Shown: in pieces, positions 25,801 through 38,589 of the stretch
How positions within the stretch are numbered: position 1 is the stretch's first letter
Layout of the letters: each line of letters begins with the position of its first letter
Translations under genes and position numbers: made by a program
The notes under the pieces: model-generated
The model's database searches: none
What the model was told of the DNA's origin: nothing
What the model saw: only the letters and a program-made list of their open reading frames with translations
DNA from: Perna viridis
Taxonomy: Eukaryota
NCBI GenBank assembly: GCA_037379345.1
Contig: CM074522.1
Coordinates: 4,402,001-4,466,000, forward strand
DNA: 64,000 nucleotides
Direction of reading: 5' to 3'

Positions 25801-26429
25801 TTTTATGTGACGTGCAAAGAATTAGAATAAATTTGAATTATTTCTGCGTGTGATTTGCCCATTAAAATATATTTGGAGTAAAATTGTAAAATGTATATAT
25901 AAAGTGTTCTTAAGATGCAATTGTTCAGCATATATCACTTTTATAGACACTATATTTAGTAAACCCCGTCTATTGGTAACTTGACGTTTTTTTCGGTTAA
26001 CGGTAACAAAAGAATGCTTGGCGGGGATATTATATCTTTCTTTGTAAAATCATGATGAAATGACTCTCTTATTTTCCATCAGTCCATCTTCTTAAATACG
26101 CTTCATGTGGATTAAAGGATCACCACGAGCATAGAATAGCCGATGATAGCATTGGTGATTTAACTGTTGGTTGTAATATCGACTAGCATATATTACTAGC
26201 ATATATATATGGGTTTCAGCATATATTGTTTATGGTGGAAGTGCTAACTGGAATAACCATTTGAGATCTTCAAATGTATTTTGATTTCTGGGTGGTTGTG
26301 TATGCTTCGGGTAAATTATCATTATCATTTTAAGAACCACAGCCATTAAGTATACTCTGAATCCAACGCGCGGAGTAACATTTCAATCAAAACATATGTT
26401 TTATTTTCAAGTCGTTATTAAAGAACACT

Positions 26430-26515
26430 AGAATAAGTAATCAAGGTTATAGCGGTAATCAAAAGAATGTAATCCAGGTGCACCGGTAGGGTAAGCGTCC
26501 TCTGCTTTTCTAGAA
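26430..26515 (-). mobile_element. Internally deleted Penelope-like 3' fragment
   Basis: Reverse complement joins ...GGTGCACCTGG directly to ATTACATTCTTTTGATTACCGC..., consistent with a deletion between CCTGG microhomologies. Confidence 0.8.
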
Positions 26516-27832
26516 GTTATCCGATGGTTTTGTGTGAAACATTGGAAGACCATCACACACATCTGGAAAACTATTTAGTTAATTTTGTGGGAAATCGGAA
26601 TGCCGTTTCTAAAAGCAAATTATTTATGTTCAAAGATTAACAGGTTATTACATAAATGACCTGTATAAAGTCGGGATATCTTTCACGAGTTGGAGAATTT
26701 GAAGTCTTTTTAATCAGTGCAGCCTAGGGAAAGAGAGAAGACCAAGAGCTTCTCTAACGACCTAAAACTGATATTCGATCTTCAACGAGAATAAGTACCT
26801 ATTTCTTCATCGAAAACATATATTCTCCTAGAGAGCGCCACCATTTCTGGAAGCATAGTATACAGCCACAAATTTTATCTTTCCTTTGTTTTGAAAATGT
26901 CTATGAGCTGCTACTTTTAATACGTTTCATTGAGTAAGTGAATGAGTTAAGACGTACTTGCGTGACCTCTTACGTGGGACGTCTCAACTCGAAAAGGGGT
27001 CATTTCCTGAAGAAACTAGCAAGTCTTCAAATCGTTCTCTAGTTAAGGTTTGGGGGCAAGTGAAGTAAGATAAAATAGACAGACCGGTGATTTGACAGTG
27101 AAATTTAGAATATTTTTAACAACTCCACTATGTATATGGTGTTGTCATCACTACAGAACTTTTATGGCCGTCATCTCATGGATCGTTCCGGTGTATCCAT
27201 CTGCACCATGAAAACTTTTTTGTTCAACGTGTCATAGTTGTAATTTTTCCCCATGTTTTTTGTTGAATAAACTAGGATTGTGTTGTTATCCGCATACAAA
27301 TTTTGAGATATTTACTGTTTGTATATACAATTGTTAGGAGTGACGAATCAAGAGGAGGGTAAGGTCCATATTTTTACTGGAAAACTTCGGTTGATTAAAT
27401 AAAAAAATTACTAATCGTGACCGATATGCGCCCTGCTTATCAAAATGTCTGGATCCTCCCTAGGCCAATGCCAAGAATTGGATTTATCAAGTCGAGTCTT
27501 TTTTCGCTAATCATTAATCGGCGAAGGAACTACATTTAGTTATTTAATAAGGAATACCACTCATTTATTTGTCCAAAACAAATGATGAAGTAATGGTCTT
27601 TTTCTATAAATTACTTTGCTACGGAAAGTAAGCATTCAATCTACACATATACATATATCATTTATTTTCTAAACAAAAATAAACAACATTATATTTTCAC
27701 AATACTATTTGTTAAGTTGTAGCGTTTGTAAGTTTTTAAGATTTTGATTTCAAATTGACAGAACTTGTCCCTTTCTTTGTTGTGATATATTCTCGAACAA
27801 AAGAATCATCAAGGGAAAAATTCATTTAAGTC

Positions 27833-28898
27833 TTACACAAACATCCACCAGAGGGCGTCCATATCTCCTCTCAATAACATGTATAGTGACACTGGATCCA
27901 ATGTTGGTACTGAAACAGGGACAATATATGTAGTTGGACTGATTTGACTACAATCAATATGTTGTTGTCTTTAGTTTATCTTTTGTGTCTTACTAATAAG
28001 CTTTTTGTATTTTTATCTGTACTATTTAGAAAATCATGCATTTATCTCCCACTAAAACCGACCAAATCAAAGCAAATCAAGAACGATAACAACTCTTGCA
28101 AAGTGCTTATTTCATGTAAATCTATATAATTTTTTTCTCAAAAGAGCAACACCCAAATGAAAAACTAAGGTTATTTATGTGGTCTGTAACTGATTCTGAA
28201 CAAGAAATACAACTTAATTTGTTGGGTGTTTGACATGCATGAATCACCTCCTGTCTGAGTTTTGTAAATGATACTCATCTGATTCTTTCAACTTTTCGGT
28301 GTTGAAGTTAGCTACCTGTTTTTATAAAATTTTGGTTTTGAGTACTTCTTATAAACTATCTACTTAAAGATTTAGATTTCCCTTTATATTTGGTTCTAAT
28401 TCTACTCATGAGAAGTTGATCCGTAAAACATGTGTACAGCATATCGATATTTGCAATTTTAGTATGATCGAAAATTTCTGTATCTGTATTTTGTATTTAC
28501 CAAACAAGAGATGAAACTTTTGTTTTAAATTTCAAGTTAGAAAAGTGCTCCTTTGAAACGGCTTTTTACAGGGTTTGTAAATCTACTGTTGAATCATACA
28601 AAACCGATTACTGGTTTGTATTTAGTTTGCTATTCCCGGGTACATTAACATAGAGCACATTCATCAGTGACAATGTTCTCATTTAAATGTGGGAAACTCT
28701 AAATTCCGAGAAAAATGGCCGAATAAAGCATTTACCTGGTTCTGGAGTTGGTTGTGGTGTAACGGTAAGACCACGTCTTTCACTTAAAATTCTTCGAAGT
28801 TCGGCAACTTGGTCGGGTGCTATTCTTGCTGAAGAACATCCAAATAGACAGAATGTGATCAACAGTATTTTCAGGGTGGTAATTTTTCTTGTTTCCAT
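27833..28898 (-). CDS. Small secreted protein C (79 aa, contains RGD); coding exons 28898-28736 and 27909-27833
   Basis: Acceptor TGCTTTAG upstream of the ATG, donor CAG|GTAAAT and acceptor CCCTGTTTCAG| give a phase-1 join: METRKITTLKILLITFCLFGCSSA-RIAPDQVAELRRILSERRGLTVTPQPTPEPVPTLDPVSLYMLLRGDMDALWWMFV*. AATAAA at ~27666-27661. Clear paralog of gene D. Confidence 0.9.
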
Positions 28899-29294
28899 TG
28901 TAATGCCAACTTATGCTATTGTTCAATTTCCTTCTTTGTTTATCTAAAGCATAAAAAAACATAGTACTCCAAGAATACATCCGAAATAGATAGTTTTGCT
29001 ATGACGACGAGAAATTTTGATGCATGTAGATAATAGACATTAATGTGACCGAACGAAAAATATCTGTATAGAATATTGCATGGAGATGATAATTTTAATA
29101 TATGTTTTTCGTAAAGGTCGACTTTCTTTCAAAATAAAATATTCTTTTTAAGTAAAAAAAAATAATTTACTGTAGAATATACAATGTAGTTATAATATGT
29201 AAATCCTACATTATCTACAGCCTGTATATTTAAAGTTATGTGAAAGTTAAAAGTAAAAAATATTTATATATATATATTTAAAACTATTACTTAC

Positions 29295-29371
29295 TATAAA
29301 TATTCAAAGATCTGCTTCGTTTGTCGCCAATAAATGATGTGCAAAATTGTAACAAAAATTTAAATATCAAA
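29295..29371 (-). promoter_or_regulatory. Core promoter and 41-nt non-coding exon 1 of gene C
   Basis: TTTGATATTTAAA (29371-29359), with TATTTAAA starting 31 bp upstream of the A in a TCATT initiator (29335). Donor GTAAGT at 29294. Confidence 0.65.
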
Positions 29372-30516
29372 TTACACGGTTAGTTTTCCTGAAGCTAATA
29401 TTGAAACTGTCAAAACATAATAATTGATAATAATTTATAGATATCAATTGTCTTTTTATCTGACAACTCCTCTTTATTGTTTTCAAAATAAAAAAAGTAT
29501 ATACATGTATATCATATCAGAGCAATAGCTTTAAGCCATTAATACATGTACAATCAATCTACCTATAATGAATTATTAATAATATGTTAGTATTGTCTGT
29601 GTATACGGTTTGTTTTCTATATGTTTTACTTGAGTTACCCCGGCGTTTTGTACAAAGAATTCCTAATGTTTGAATCTAAATTATTTTAGTATTGTTAGAC
29701 CATTATACAATTATGGCAATATTGTCAAAGATAATGAAGTAACACTTGAATAGGAGTAAGACATATTTTCAGAAATATTCTAATACTCATAATGTTTTGA
29801 ATTGTCCGAACCCTATCACATATCTCCACTTCCAATCACCAATGCAACATAATATTCTTGGAAATAACTTGGAAAAATACAGAGAAGGGTCAAATAAAAG
29901 TAAGAATAAAAATGTCTGATTATACAAGATTCTAAATGTTTCGCATAGACTAATTGTGTGTAAACTTGGAATAAAAGTAGACGCACGCGTTATGTCCGTG
30001 ATGTGATGATGGTTTCCTCGAGATACACTGAAGACCCACAGGTGGTCTTTAGCTGACTTTTTTTTCATCCCGGTGGAATAATTACCTCTTTAACACATTC
30101 ACCATACCCATTCTCGTTATATTGTTGTGTTATGTAGAGATTACTACCCTGTTACTTGCTATCACTTCCAATTTTCTTGACCCCTCAAGTGGTTAACGTG
30201 ACTAGACCTTTTATGTTGTTTTTTATAGTTTATTTTATTTTTTTCATGTCTGAATTAATTTGAACGAACTGTTTATAATAAATATTTATTAGAACAGAAT
30301 ACAATTCATAACGCATGCATCACTATAAATATAAGTAAATATAAAAATTAACAGAAAATTAATTCTAGTGTTGCATTTAAAAAATAGTCTACATCTTAAG
30401 ACGATTTTTTTTTTCTTATATAAATGAATATAGAATGGCATATATATATTATACAAACAAAATATATACAATTTCTACAGTATTCGTAGTAAATAATGTT
30501 CCCTTTAACATCCTTT

Positions 30517-31297
30517 TTATAACAGCAGCCACCACCACTGATTGTCTATATCTCCTCTCATTAACATATATAGAGCCATTGGATTCATTGACGGTTCTAC
30601 AAGGATATAATTATAGCAAAATTAAACAAGTAGGATAAAATATGATTTTTTATTATGTTACATGCATATAAGATTTGCTGTTGACCGATTTGTTTGTGAA
30701 TCGGGGGTATCCATTACTGAGCTTTACTCTTTTTTTCTAGTTTTATGATATTTATTAGTCAGCTAAACATAATATTAAACCTGTTAAGTTCTTACATGTT
30801 TTTCCTCATATTTACAATTTCATGATCTACTCTTACATTAAACACTTAAAATAATAGTTCTTTTGCGTTTGTTTCTTTGTTTGTTTTATTCATATGTTTT
30901 TGTCTTGTTTTGATAAGGCTTTTTTCCTGTTTGTTTTTTTTACTCTTGATAACACTGCAATGTAATGTTCAGACAGAGCAAGATTTAAAGCATTTGGTAA
31001 ATGCGTGTTGTTGGTCGGTTCGAAGTTATGACGTATATTGACAAGTGGAAGGGTTCATCAAAATTATATATTGAAAACATTTAAAGAGCATCCGGGCAGA
31101 AAACGCTTTTAAACTTAGATGACTGTTGTAATACTAGTACCTGGTTTTGGAGTCGTCGTGGGTATTCCGGATATACCAAACCTTTCCCTCAATATATCTC
31201 TCAGTTTAGTAACCTGGTCTGCCGAAAGTTGAGCCGATGTTCTTCCAACCATAGTGATTAGTAATAAAACCAGTAGTGATGATCTGAAGCTTTCCAT
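30517..31297 (-). CDS. Small secreted protein D (78 aa, contains RGD); coding exons 31297-31141 and 30596-30517
   Basis: Acceptor CAATTTAG upstream of the ATG, donor CAG|GTACTA and acceptor TCCTTGTAG| give a phase-1 join: MESFRSSLLVLLLITMVGRTSA-QLSADQVTKLRDILRERFGISGIPTTTPKPEPSMNPMALYMLMRGDIDNQWWWLLL*. Paralog of gene C. Confidence 0.9.
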
Positions 31298-31604
31298 TTC
31301 TATATCCGTTTGTTACCTAAATTGTTAGAAATCATTGTTTATATTCAAATGTATGTTGCTTTATTGTTTTTTCCTTATATTTGTTTCTGTATTTATTTTG
31401 TAACAGTGAGACCAGTTTAAACCGACCATTTATCGGGAGGCATTCAGTTTTGGCAAGTGTTTGTTTTACTCAAATGGTCTTTAAAACTGATATACAGCGC
31501 GATTTCTCATCATGATTGCGCAAAGAAAATATTAGGTTAATGCCTGTCTGAATTAAATAAGTTCGAGTCAGCTGATAAACTCAGTGGTTAGACTAGTAGT
31601 ACGG

Positions 31605-31606
<2 letters not shown>

Positions 31607-31639
<33 letters not shown>
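31607..31639. repeat. (CT)n microsatellite
   Basis: Near-perfect CT run. Confidence 0.9.
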
Positions 31640-31964
31640 GTGGTTTTTTCATATCATATGATAATCAGAGGTAAACAAGTCAATATTTACTTAATCTTAT
31701 CAAAATCATACGTTAATAATGATTATCATATGAATTGAACAACATATGATTTTCATTGGCACTTTTGGCTTTCTGGAAGTTGTCTTTTCTGTCTAGATTA
31801 TTTTTTAAAAATCTTATTGTACTCTTTTTGCAGTTTACTCATCTTAAATCTAATTCTGTAAATGTCCCCCTCATCCATCTATTCCTTATGACAGCGTATA
31901 GAAATATCAATGATATTCAAATTCAAATATAAGAAAATAATGTATTTCAATTGCTTCTGTACTT

Positions 31965-32003
31965 ACTGATCCTTTCTAGATAGCAGTTATTTTAAATATC
32001 AAA
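31965..32003 (-). promoter_or_regulatory. Core promoter of gene D
   Basis: The same 13-mer TTTGATATTTAAA (32003-31991), with TATTTAAA starting 31 bp upstream of the A in a TCAGT initiator (31967). Confidence 0.6.
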
Positions 32004-35000
32004 CAGACAGGGGGTGATACATAAATGTAAAAAACACTACATATAGTCACTAATATTTGTAATCCAGAAACAGTTACACACCACATAACCAGTCTTAGTT
32101 TGACATTCGGTTGTTGCACTTAAGAAAAAAATTATTTACACGTAACATTTAAATTGTACATGATATTGGCACTAGCAAGAGGTATTATTATTATTATTAT
32201 TATTATTATTGTTGAGTTAAATAGAGATGGGAGATGTATTTATGCTTTTCTCCAAAATAAAGATCGGTAGGTAGAAACGGCTATAACTACTAGGTATGCA
32301 AAATATGGTGTACATTATATAAAGATTGAAAAATAAAAGAACATTTCAGTGTGGGTTTTTGCACCGTTGAACACCTCTACTATTGACAATATCTTAATTT
32401 TATGTAGTTATGGTGGTGTCCAAATTCCATGAGGAATTTAGTTTGATTTACATGTATTATCAATTTAACAGATATTCCTTCTATGCATTAAATACTGTTT
32501 AAATTTCTGTTCTGGACAATAAAATATGTAAAGGTATTAGAATGAAGAAATTATGAAATTAAAAAAAAACAATTTTTGACTTAAGGCAAAACTTCTCCTG
32601 AAACCTATACGGGTCTCCAGAGAAGTGTTATAAAATATATTAGCAGTAGTAGTTATGATGGTATGTTTTGGCCCAAGCAAGTTTCTTTGTTAACAAGGTC
32701 ATGGACTAAACAGAAAACTATATTAGTTCTATTAATGTGACAGGGAGTTTGACAAGATAGATTTTTATCTGACCTTAGCAAAGCTTATGGTGACACTAAT
32801 ACGTACAATTTAGTAACCTGGACATTAATAAGTGTCAAAGTGACAATAAAGTAACTACTAAGCATTAATCTACACACTTTTTTTCCTAATTAGGTTTTAA
32901 TGTTGGGAAGAAAAGTGTGCTATGTGACACCACTTTAATCATTAAGAAGAAATAGTGTAATATTAAATTCATCAACGTTCGGTGCATTTACGTATTTTCT
33001 TCCATTCATTCATATGCATGCACGTGACTTTTTTTTATCTTTGTAAATACAATGTATAAAGATAATGAACCAATAAAATAATTGTTTTATCCAAACCCAC
33101 CCCACACCATTTTTTCGTCAGAAAGGGAATAAAACGATAAAACGTTAGAGCTATTCCCCCATAATAGAACCAAGCTTGACTTCCGTGGTATTATGTCGAC
33201 ATCCTTCACTAAAGTAATTGTTCTTTTTTCTGCGTTTTGATCGCTTGAGTTTTAACCCAGTTTCTTTCTATGGTTAATTCACATAGATACATACACTTAT
33301 ACTAAATCAGGGACCTAATACACGTAAACTATACCCTGACTGTAAGTAAATCACGAGGGTGGGTAACTAAACAGGTAAAAGGGTACGGGTGTGCGGCCCC
33401 AAAAATTTCTACCCACCCCATTTACATATTCTGAAAATGAAAAACTGATACCCATTCATATATATATATATATATATATGTGTGTAATGACGTTGCGTAC
33501 GTTGTTGGTGTCACTTTCGATTGAACCGGGGCTGGTTACGAAAACCGAATTATTGCTATTAGAATGTGGAGTTATCAAAGGCAATATAGATATTAAAATG
33601 TTCGAAAATGGTTGCTGTTTCAGGATTACAATCCTAAATCTTAAAAAAAAAATCCCGTTAATTGTGGAGGGAAAGCATTATTCGATCACAAGAATGTCCA
33701 TGTTCACATGTGGACGGATAACATTAAGAAATGCTTGCTTCCCATTTCACCAATATATCTAAGTTGTTTCTTGGCGTATTTTGATAAAACCAATTTTTTT
33801 AAGAACAGTTTGTGCTGCAGACGATGTCATATTTTTCATGACGTAATGATAAGATCAAAGTGTATTACAATATCACAAATATCTCCCCTTTGGTGTGGAC
33901 ATTGTAAAAATGGAAAGAAACCGATTTGAAGACAAAATTTTCGACATGTTTTTTTAAAGTTATGCGGGCAGCTTTTTTTAATCGGGACTTTGATTAACTA
34001 TATTGACAATTTATTACATAACCCAATGAAAATTTATATAAAATGTTCAATCAGTCTTTTTTAAGCCTATTTGTCCATATTTCAATTATGTCACAAATCT
34101 TAATTTTTTCGACGTTGGCCGATGGCTATTTTCTTGCTTACGGCTGTAAAATATAGCAACGAATAGTATTTTTACCAAAGTTTATTCACGCTTACAGGAC
34201 TGTATAAATATTCAGAATACCATGCTTATTCTAAAAAATAACTAGTTTTATTGTCTAACGGTAGATAAATACGCACGTATGTTGTGATGTCACGTTGTCT
34301 TTTTCCCGACGTTTTCTACACGTTGCGTGCTACCCAGTCTCTATCAAAAGCTTTTTTCGTTATCTTTGAGTGAACTAATGAGTATGAAATTTTGAATGTT
34401 ACATATATATATGTTGAATATAGTATATTAAAAAAATGGTACTTGGTTGAACATGTATCTAAGCGCAGCATTTTGTCTGTGTCTCACCAAAATGTCACAA
34501 CATCTAGAATTTGTATATTTTATTTATTCACGCGTACACCATGCGAAATTCGAACGAACTATTCAAAAAGGCAAATGGTGTTGATTCTATTTCTTCATAT
34601 ACTTAAAAATGTATTCATCCTCCTCTATGGTTTTATCATTCCATTTTTTCTTTGGCTTAACAAATGGGTTATATATATATGTAAAATCGTGTCCAACGAA
34701 AATGTCACAAAGCGCAGTTTTGACGTTTCCAAAGTAAAGTTCTGTTTTGCCACGTCAAAACTCGTTTAACGCCAATTTTAAAAACAATAAAAAGTATTGA
34801 AAAGTTACGATACATGTACTAAATTATATTATTACGACTGTGGACGTAATGAATAAAAAAGTTACGATTTTAGCGAATCAGATAAAATAATGCAAGAAAT
34901 ATTGAAAAGACAGCAGGAAAAAGAAAGCCCCCCCCCCTCCCCACCTTGTGCGCACTCATGCCTGTTCATATGCAATGATGTCCCGGTGAAATCGGGATCA

Positions 35001-35232
35001 GCATGCCTGCATCAAAGTATTTTGAAATGTGCTGACACGCGTTTGCACATTCGCTAGTGAAATAATGTAAAATCAACTAATTTCATGATCGTCTAATTAC
35101 CTCTTATTTTAGCTATAAGATATAATAAGCTGTACAAATCTGGCAAAAATATTTTTTTTATTTTTTTCAAATCGAATCAAAAACAAAACAAAAAAAATGA
35201 TTTATTCTGGTGTGTTTTTTTTTTACCCCATA

Positions 35233-36025
35233 TAACTAGAAACCCGTAAGTTTGTTTGTTTGTTTGTTGGGGTTTAACGTCCGAGCAGCAATATTTCAGC
35301 TATATTCAGACGATGAACATGAAATTGATGATAAAATGAACATGAAATCATGATGAAATGAAAAAGGGATGGGACACAAGGACAATGGGGTCGACAAATT
35401 TTGATTGCCACTGGAAATAGGGAGAGGTGGGTAGGGTTCTGAGCACTATTTAGTCGCCTTTTACGACAAGCTTAGCGCTGCTGCACACCCGGACCTGCAC
35501 GGGGCCGAAACCCGTAAGAGATATCCAAAATCTGATTGAAAAATGCAAGCAGGATTAATAATGAGGAATCCAATGGAGAATCCAATGAAATAAAAAATTT
35601 CGAAATCGGACCAAAATAAAAAAAAAAGTTCTGAAAATGCTTTCAGGCGTTGCTCAACTTTGACCCCTATAACTTGAAAACCGTCCAAAGCACATACAAT
35701 CTGCTGGACATTTGTTTAGCCGAATTAGATAAAGAACACATTAAAAATAGAATATCTAAAGTAGAAAAAAAACAATCTCCATGGGTTTTAATAAAATATG
35801 TATTATTTTTACCTTTTTTGGTCCCTTTCCTAAAGCGGCAGGGGCAACAAAGTCCAAATTGAATAGGAAATCTTCTTAGTTGTTCGTAAAATCATTTCAT
35901 AACAATTCGTCAACAACTAAAGTTATTGCACGGAAACGAAGTGTCCTCAGACCAAGACGGCGACGACGCGGACGACGACTACGCCATAGCATTATACGAC
36001 CGCAAGTTTTTTTCGTCGTATAATA
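35233..36025. mobile_element. Helentron/HINE-like non-autonomous element hosting a retroelement insertion
   Basis: Starts TAACTAGA and ends with a GACGAC microsatellite-like tract and a terminal hairpin TATACGAC...GTCGTATA before an A-rich site. Family assignment is from recalled architecture only. Confidence 0.4.
35251..35506 (-). mobile_element. Non-autonomous RTE-like/SINE-like retroelement, short copy with 12-bp TSD
   Basis: Flanked by a perfect GAAACCCGTAAG duplication (35239-35250 and 35507-35518), has a (CAAA)n tail, and matches both ends of 7951-8462. Confidence 0.85.
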
Positions 36026-37342
36026 AAAGCGGGGATTTCGATCTCAAATTTTCTCAAAGAAGGGATATTTGCAAAGGTTTTGTTTTCTCTAAATGTTTAG
36101 CAATGTTTTATGTTTAACAACAGAACTTACAAATTTCCTAAACGAGTACATGTATTCGGAAATATCAACATACATATACATTAGAGATATAAAACCAAAT
36201 AGGAAAGATTCTCTTCATACGCTTTCACAATATGATTTCTGGGGGGTGCTACTGACTTTTTTGCTTGTAGGTTTGTTGGCTTTCTGTTTTAGTGAGAGTG
36301 TTTTACTTTTTTTAGCGCATCATGAAATTTGTTGTTATTATTCCTAACATTTTTCTCATTTCCTTCAAATCATTTTTAAATGGTTGATGCCAAACTATTT
36401 ACCATATCGGGATGTAACCTGATCATTTCAATAGACCAAAACGTACGAAAAATTAATATCGAATCGAATGATTAAATAATAAAACATGTCGTGTTGTTTT
36501 ATGTAAAAAAGCACACTTCTTTTTACATGTAACAATTATAGAACGATGTACATTGCAATACAAAAAAGACGTAAAATTTTGCAGATTTCGACGTTACCAA
36601 AAATGACACTAACACCGTACGCTAGTCCAATGCATTTAATATGCAATCCATTCATATTTATATGCATGGCATTCATCAGTATCTACATATCACAGCAGGA
36701 TGCTGATCAGAACATTTAACATTTTATCATTTTATTTGACACCATTATCATGTCAGAGCTAATTGGATCCCTTCCTGCTTATCATTCACAATTCAATTCA
36801 AGTGATGATCTTTATTTACTATGATAATTTTAAGGATGACTTAACTGATGTCAAATCACTAACAATGTGTAAATAAGTAGCTTATTTTTAAATGGTAACC
36901 CCAATCACATATACTGCAACTAAAATGCCCATCATTTTCATATATCACTTATCATAAAAAGTAAACCGATAGGGGCCGCACATCCGTACCTACCCATTGA
37001 ACTTATTACCCCCTCCCCCACCCATTGTAAAGTAATTGTGAATGAACGGACTGTCTACAACCGACGGCGACAACGGCGTAACACAAAACACAATATGACT
37101 GCTTTTTTCACGCAGTCGTTAAACATGAGACAGCAGCACAATGAACTTACCACACTGTCCGGTATACTATAATCTCCTTCGGTTGATTAAAGACGTCAGT
37201 TAGGTTCTTGGATCATCAATTTTTCATGAATAAACTCAAAATTCAATTCTTTCACAAAGCGATACAAAGCTCTTCAATAATTCGTGAACATGTATGGTCC
37301 TTGAATAAAATAGTATGTTAGTGTAAGAACATAAGACTCTGG

Positions 37343-37378
<36 letters not shown>

Positions 37379-38589
37379 TTTGTATTTAAAAGAACATGTC
37401 TGTATATATATTTTTTTTTGCTTGCGTAAATAACTTCCGTGGGGCACCGAAAGAAGTCGTGCCAATTACTTATGTCGGAAACCGTGTTGGTTTTGTATTT
37501 TATAATATTTATTGATACCTCTGGATTTTTTCTCTAAACAAATAAAGAAAAAATAAAGATACATATTTCGTTTTTAATCAACTGGATTAATAGATACCCT
37601 TTAATCAAATAATGTGAATCCCCATCGTTTTGCGCTCCCCCTCAACTTAACACAAAATGCATGACCTGGGTGTATTTCAGGTTTTTAAACAACAAACTAC
37701 AAAAAATCCGAGACAACAACGTCATTATTTCCGCCAATATGTCAGATTCATCCTGCTCATTCGTTTGACAAAAATTGAAAAAGATTGTTTTGTTCGTCCT
37801 TACATTACGACAAACATCATGTACAATTGTTTAACTATCAAATAACACATTGTTGATTTAAAAACTTTATACAAATTTCTAACATTTTTGTAATGACGAT
37901 TGTAAACAATCCTTTTACTTTACATTAACTTTAATTTATCATGAACATTTCTGAAAATTGTAACATTATATTGTGCTCTTCATATTCTGGTAATACCCCT
38001 TTATTTTCTTTAGTTTCCTTCAATAAATAAAAAGTTTTATTTAAAGCCGTTGAGAAAAATTGGCGTGAGAATGCTTACAAAACAAACTGTGAAGAAATTT
38101 AGTTTTCGCGAGAGGTTACTTTCACAGTATTAGTTAGTTATCGTTAATTTCCAAACTTGTCTGGGAGATTATTAGGAGCAATTATTAGAATAAACTGTAT
38201 CCTAGTATATGCACGAGATCGCTTATGAAGTGTGACGGACGGACGGAGGTACATTAGCACGAACACATAGTATTATGTCGAATGTGCTGCTGTGGGGACA
38301 TCAACATAAGAGAAAAATAACTGATTAAATTATTGTCCACCTTTAAAAATATGTTGGGGTCAGCGACGTAAAAAAAAGTCAACCTAAAACTAAGACTGTC
38401 TTGTGTCATGTTTTTTTTTCAGTTTGGTAGAACCATAAGTGGACATTTCTCCTTTGTGTAGTTGCCAATTCATACAGAAGCAAAATATTTAAAAACTATG
38501 GGCGAGGAGACATAGCATACCTCTTCATGACGTTCTCAAATAACAATACACCTTGTAAGATAAAGGAAAACACACACACTTGATAATAT

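Noticed and set aside
26080-26200. Possible fifth paralog exon (minus-strand frame reading ...RLFYARGDPL...)
   Set aside because: No convincing acceptor in the right phase, no partner signal-peptide exon and only a tripeptide match.
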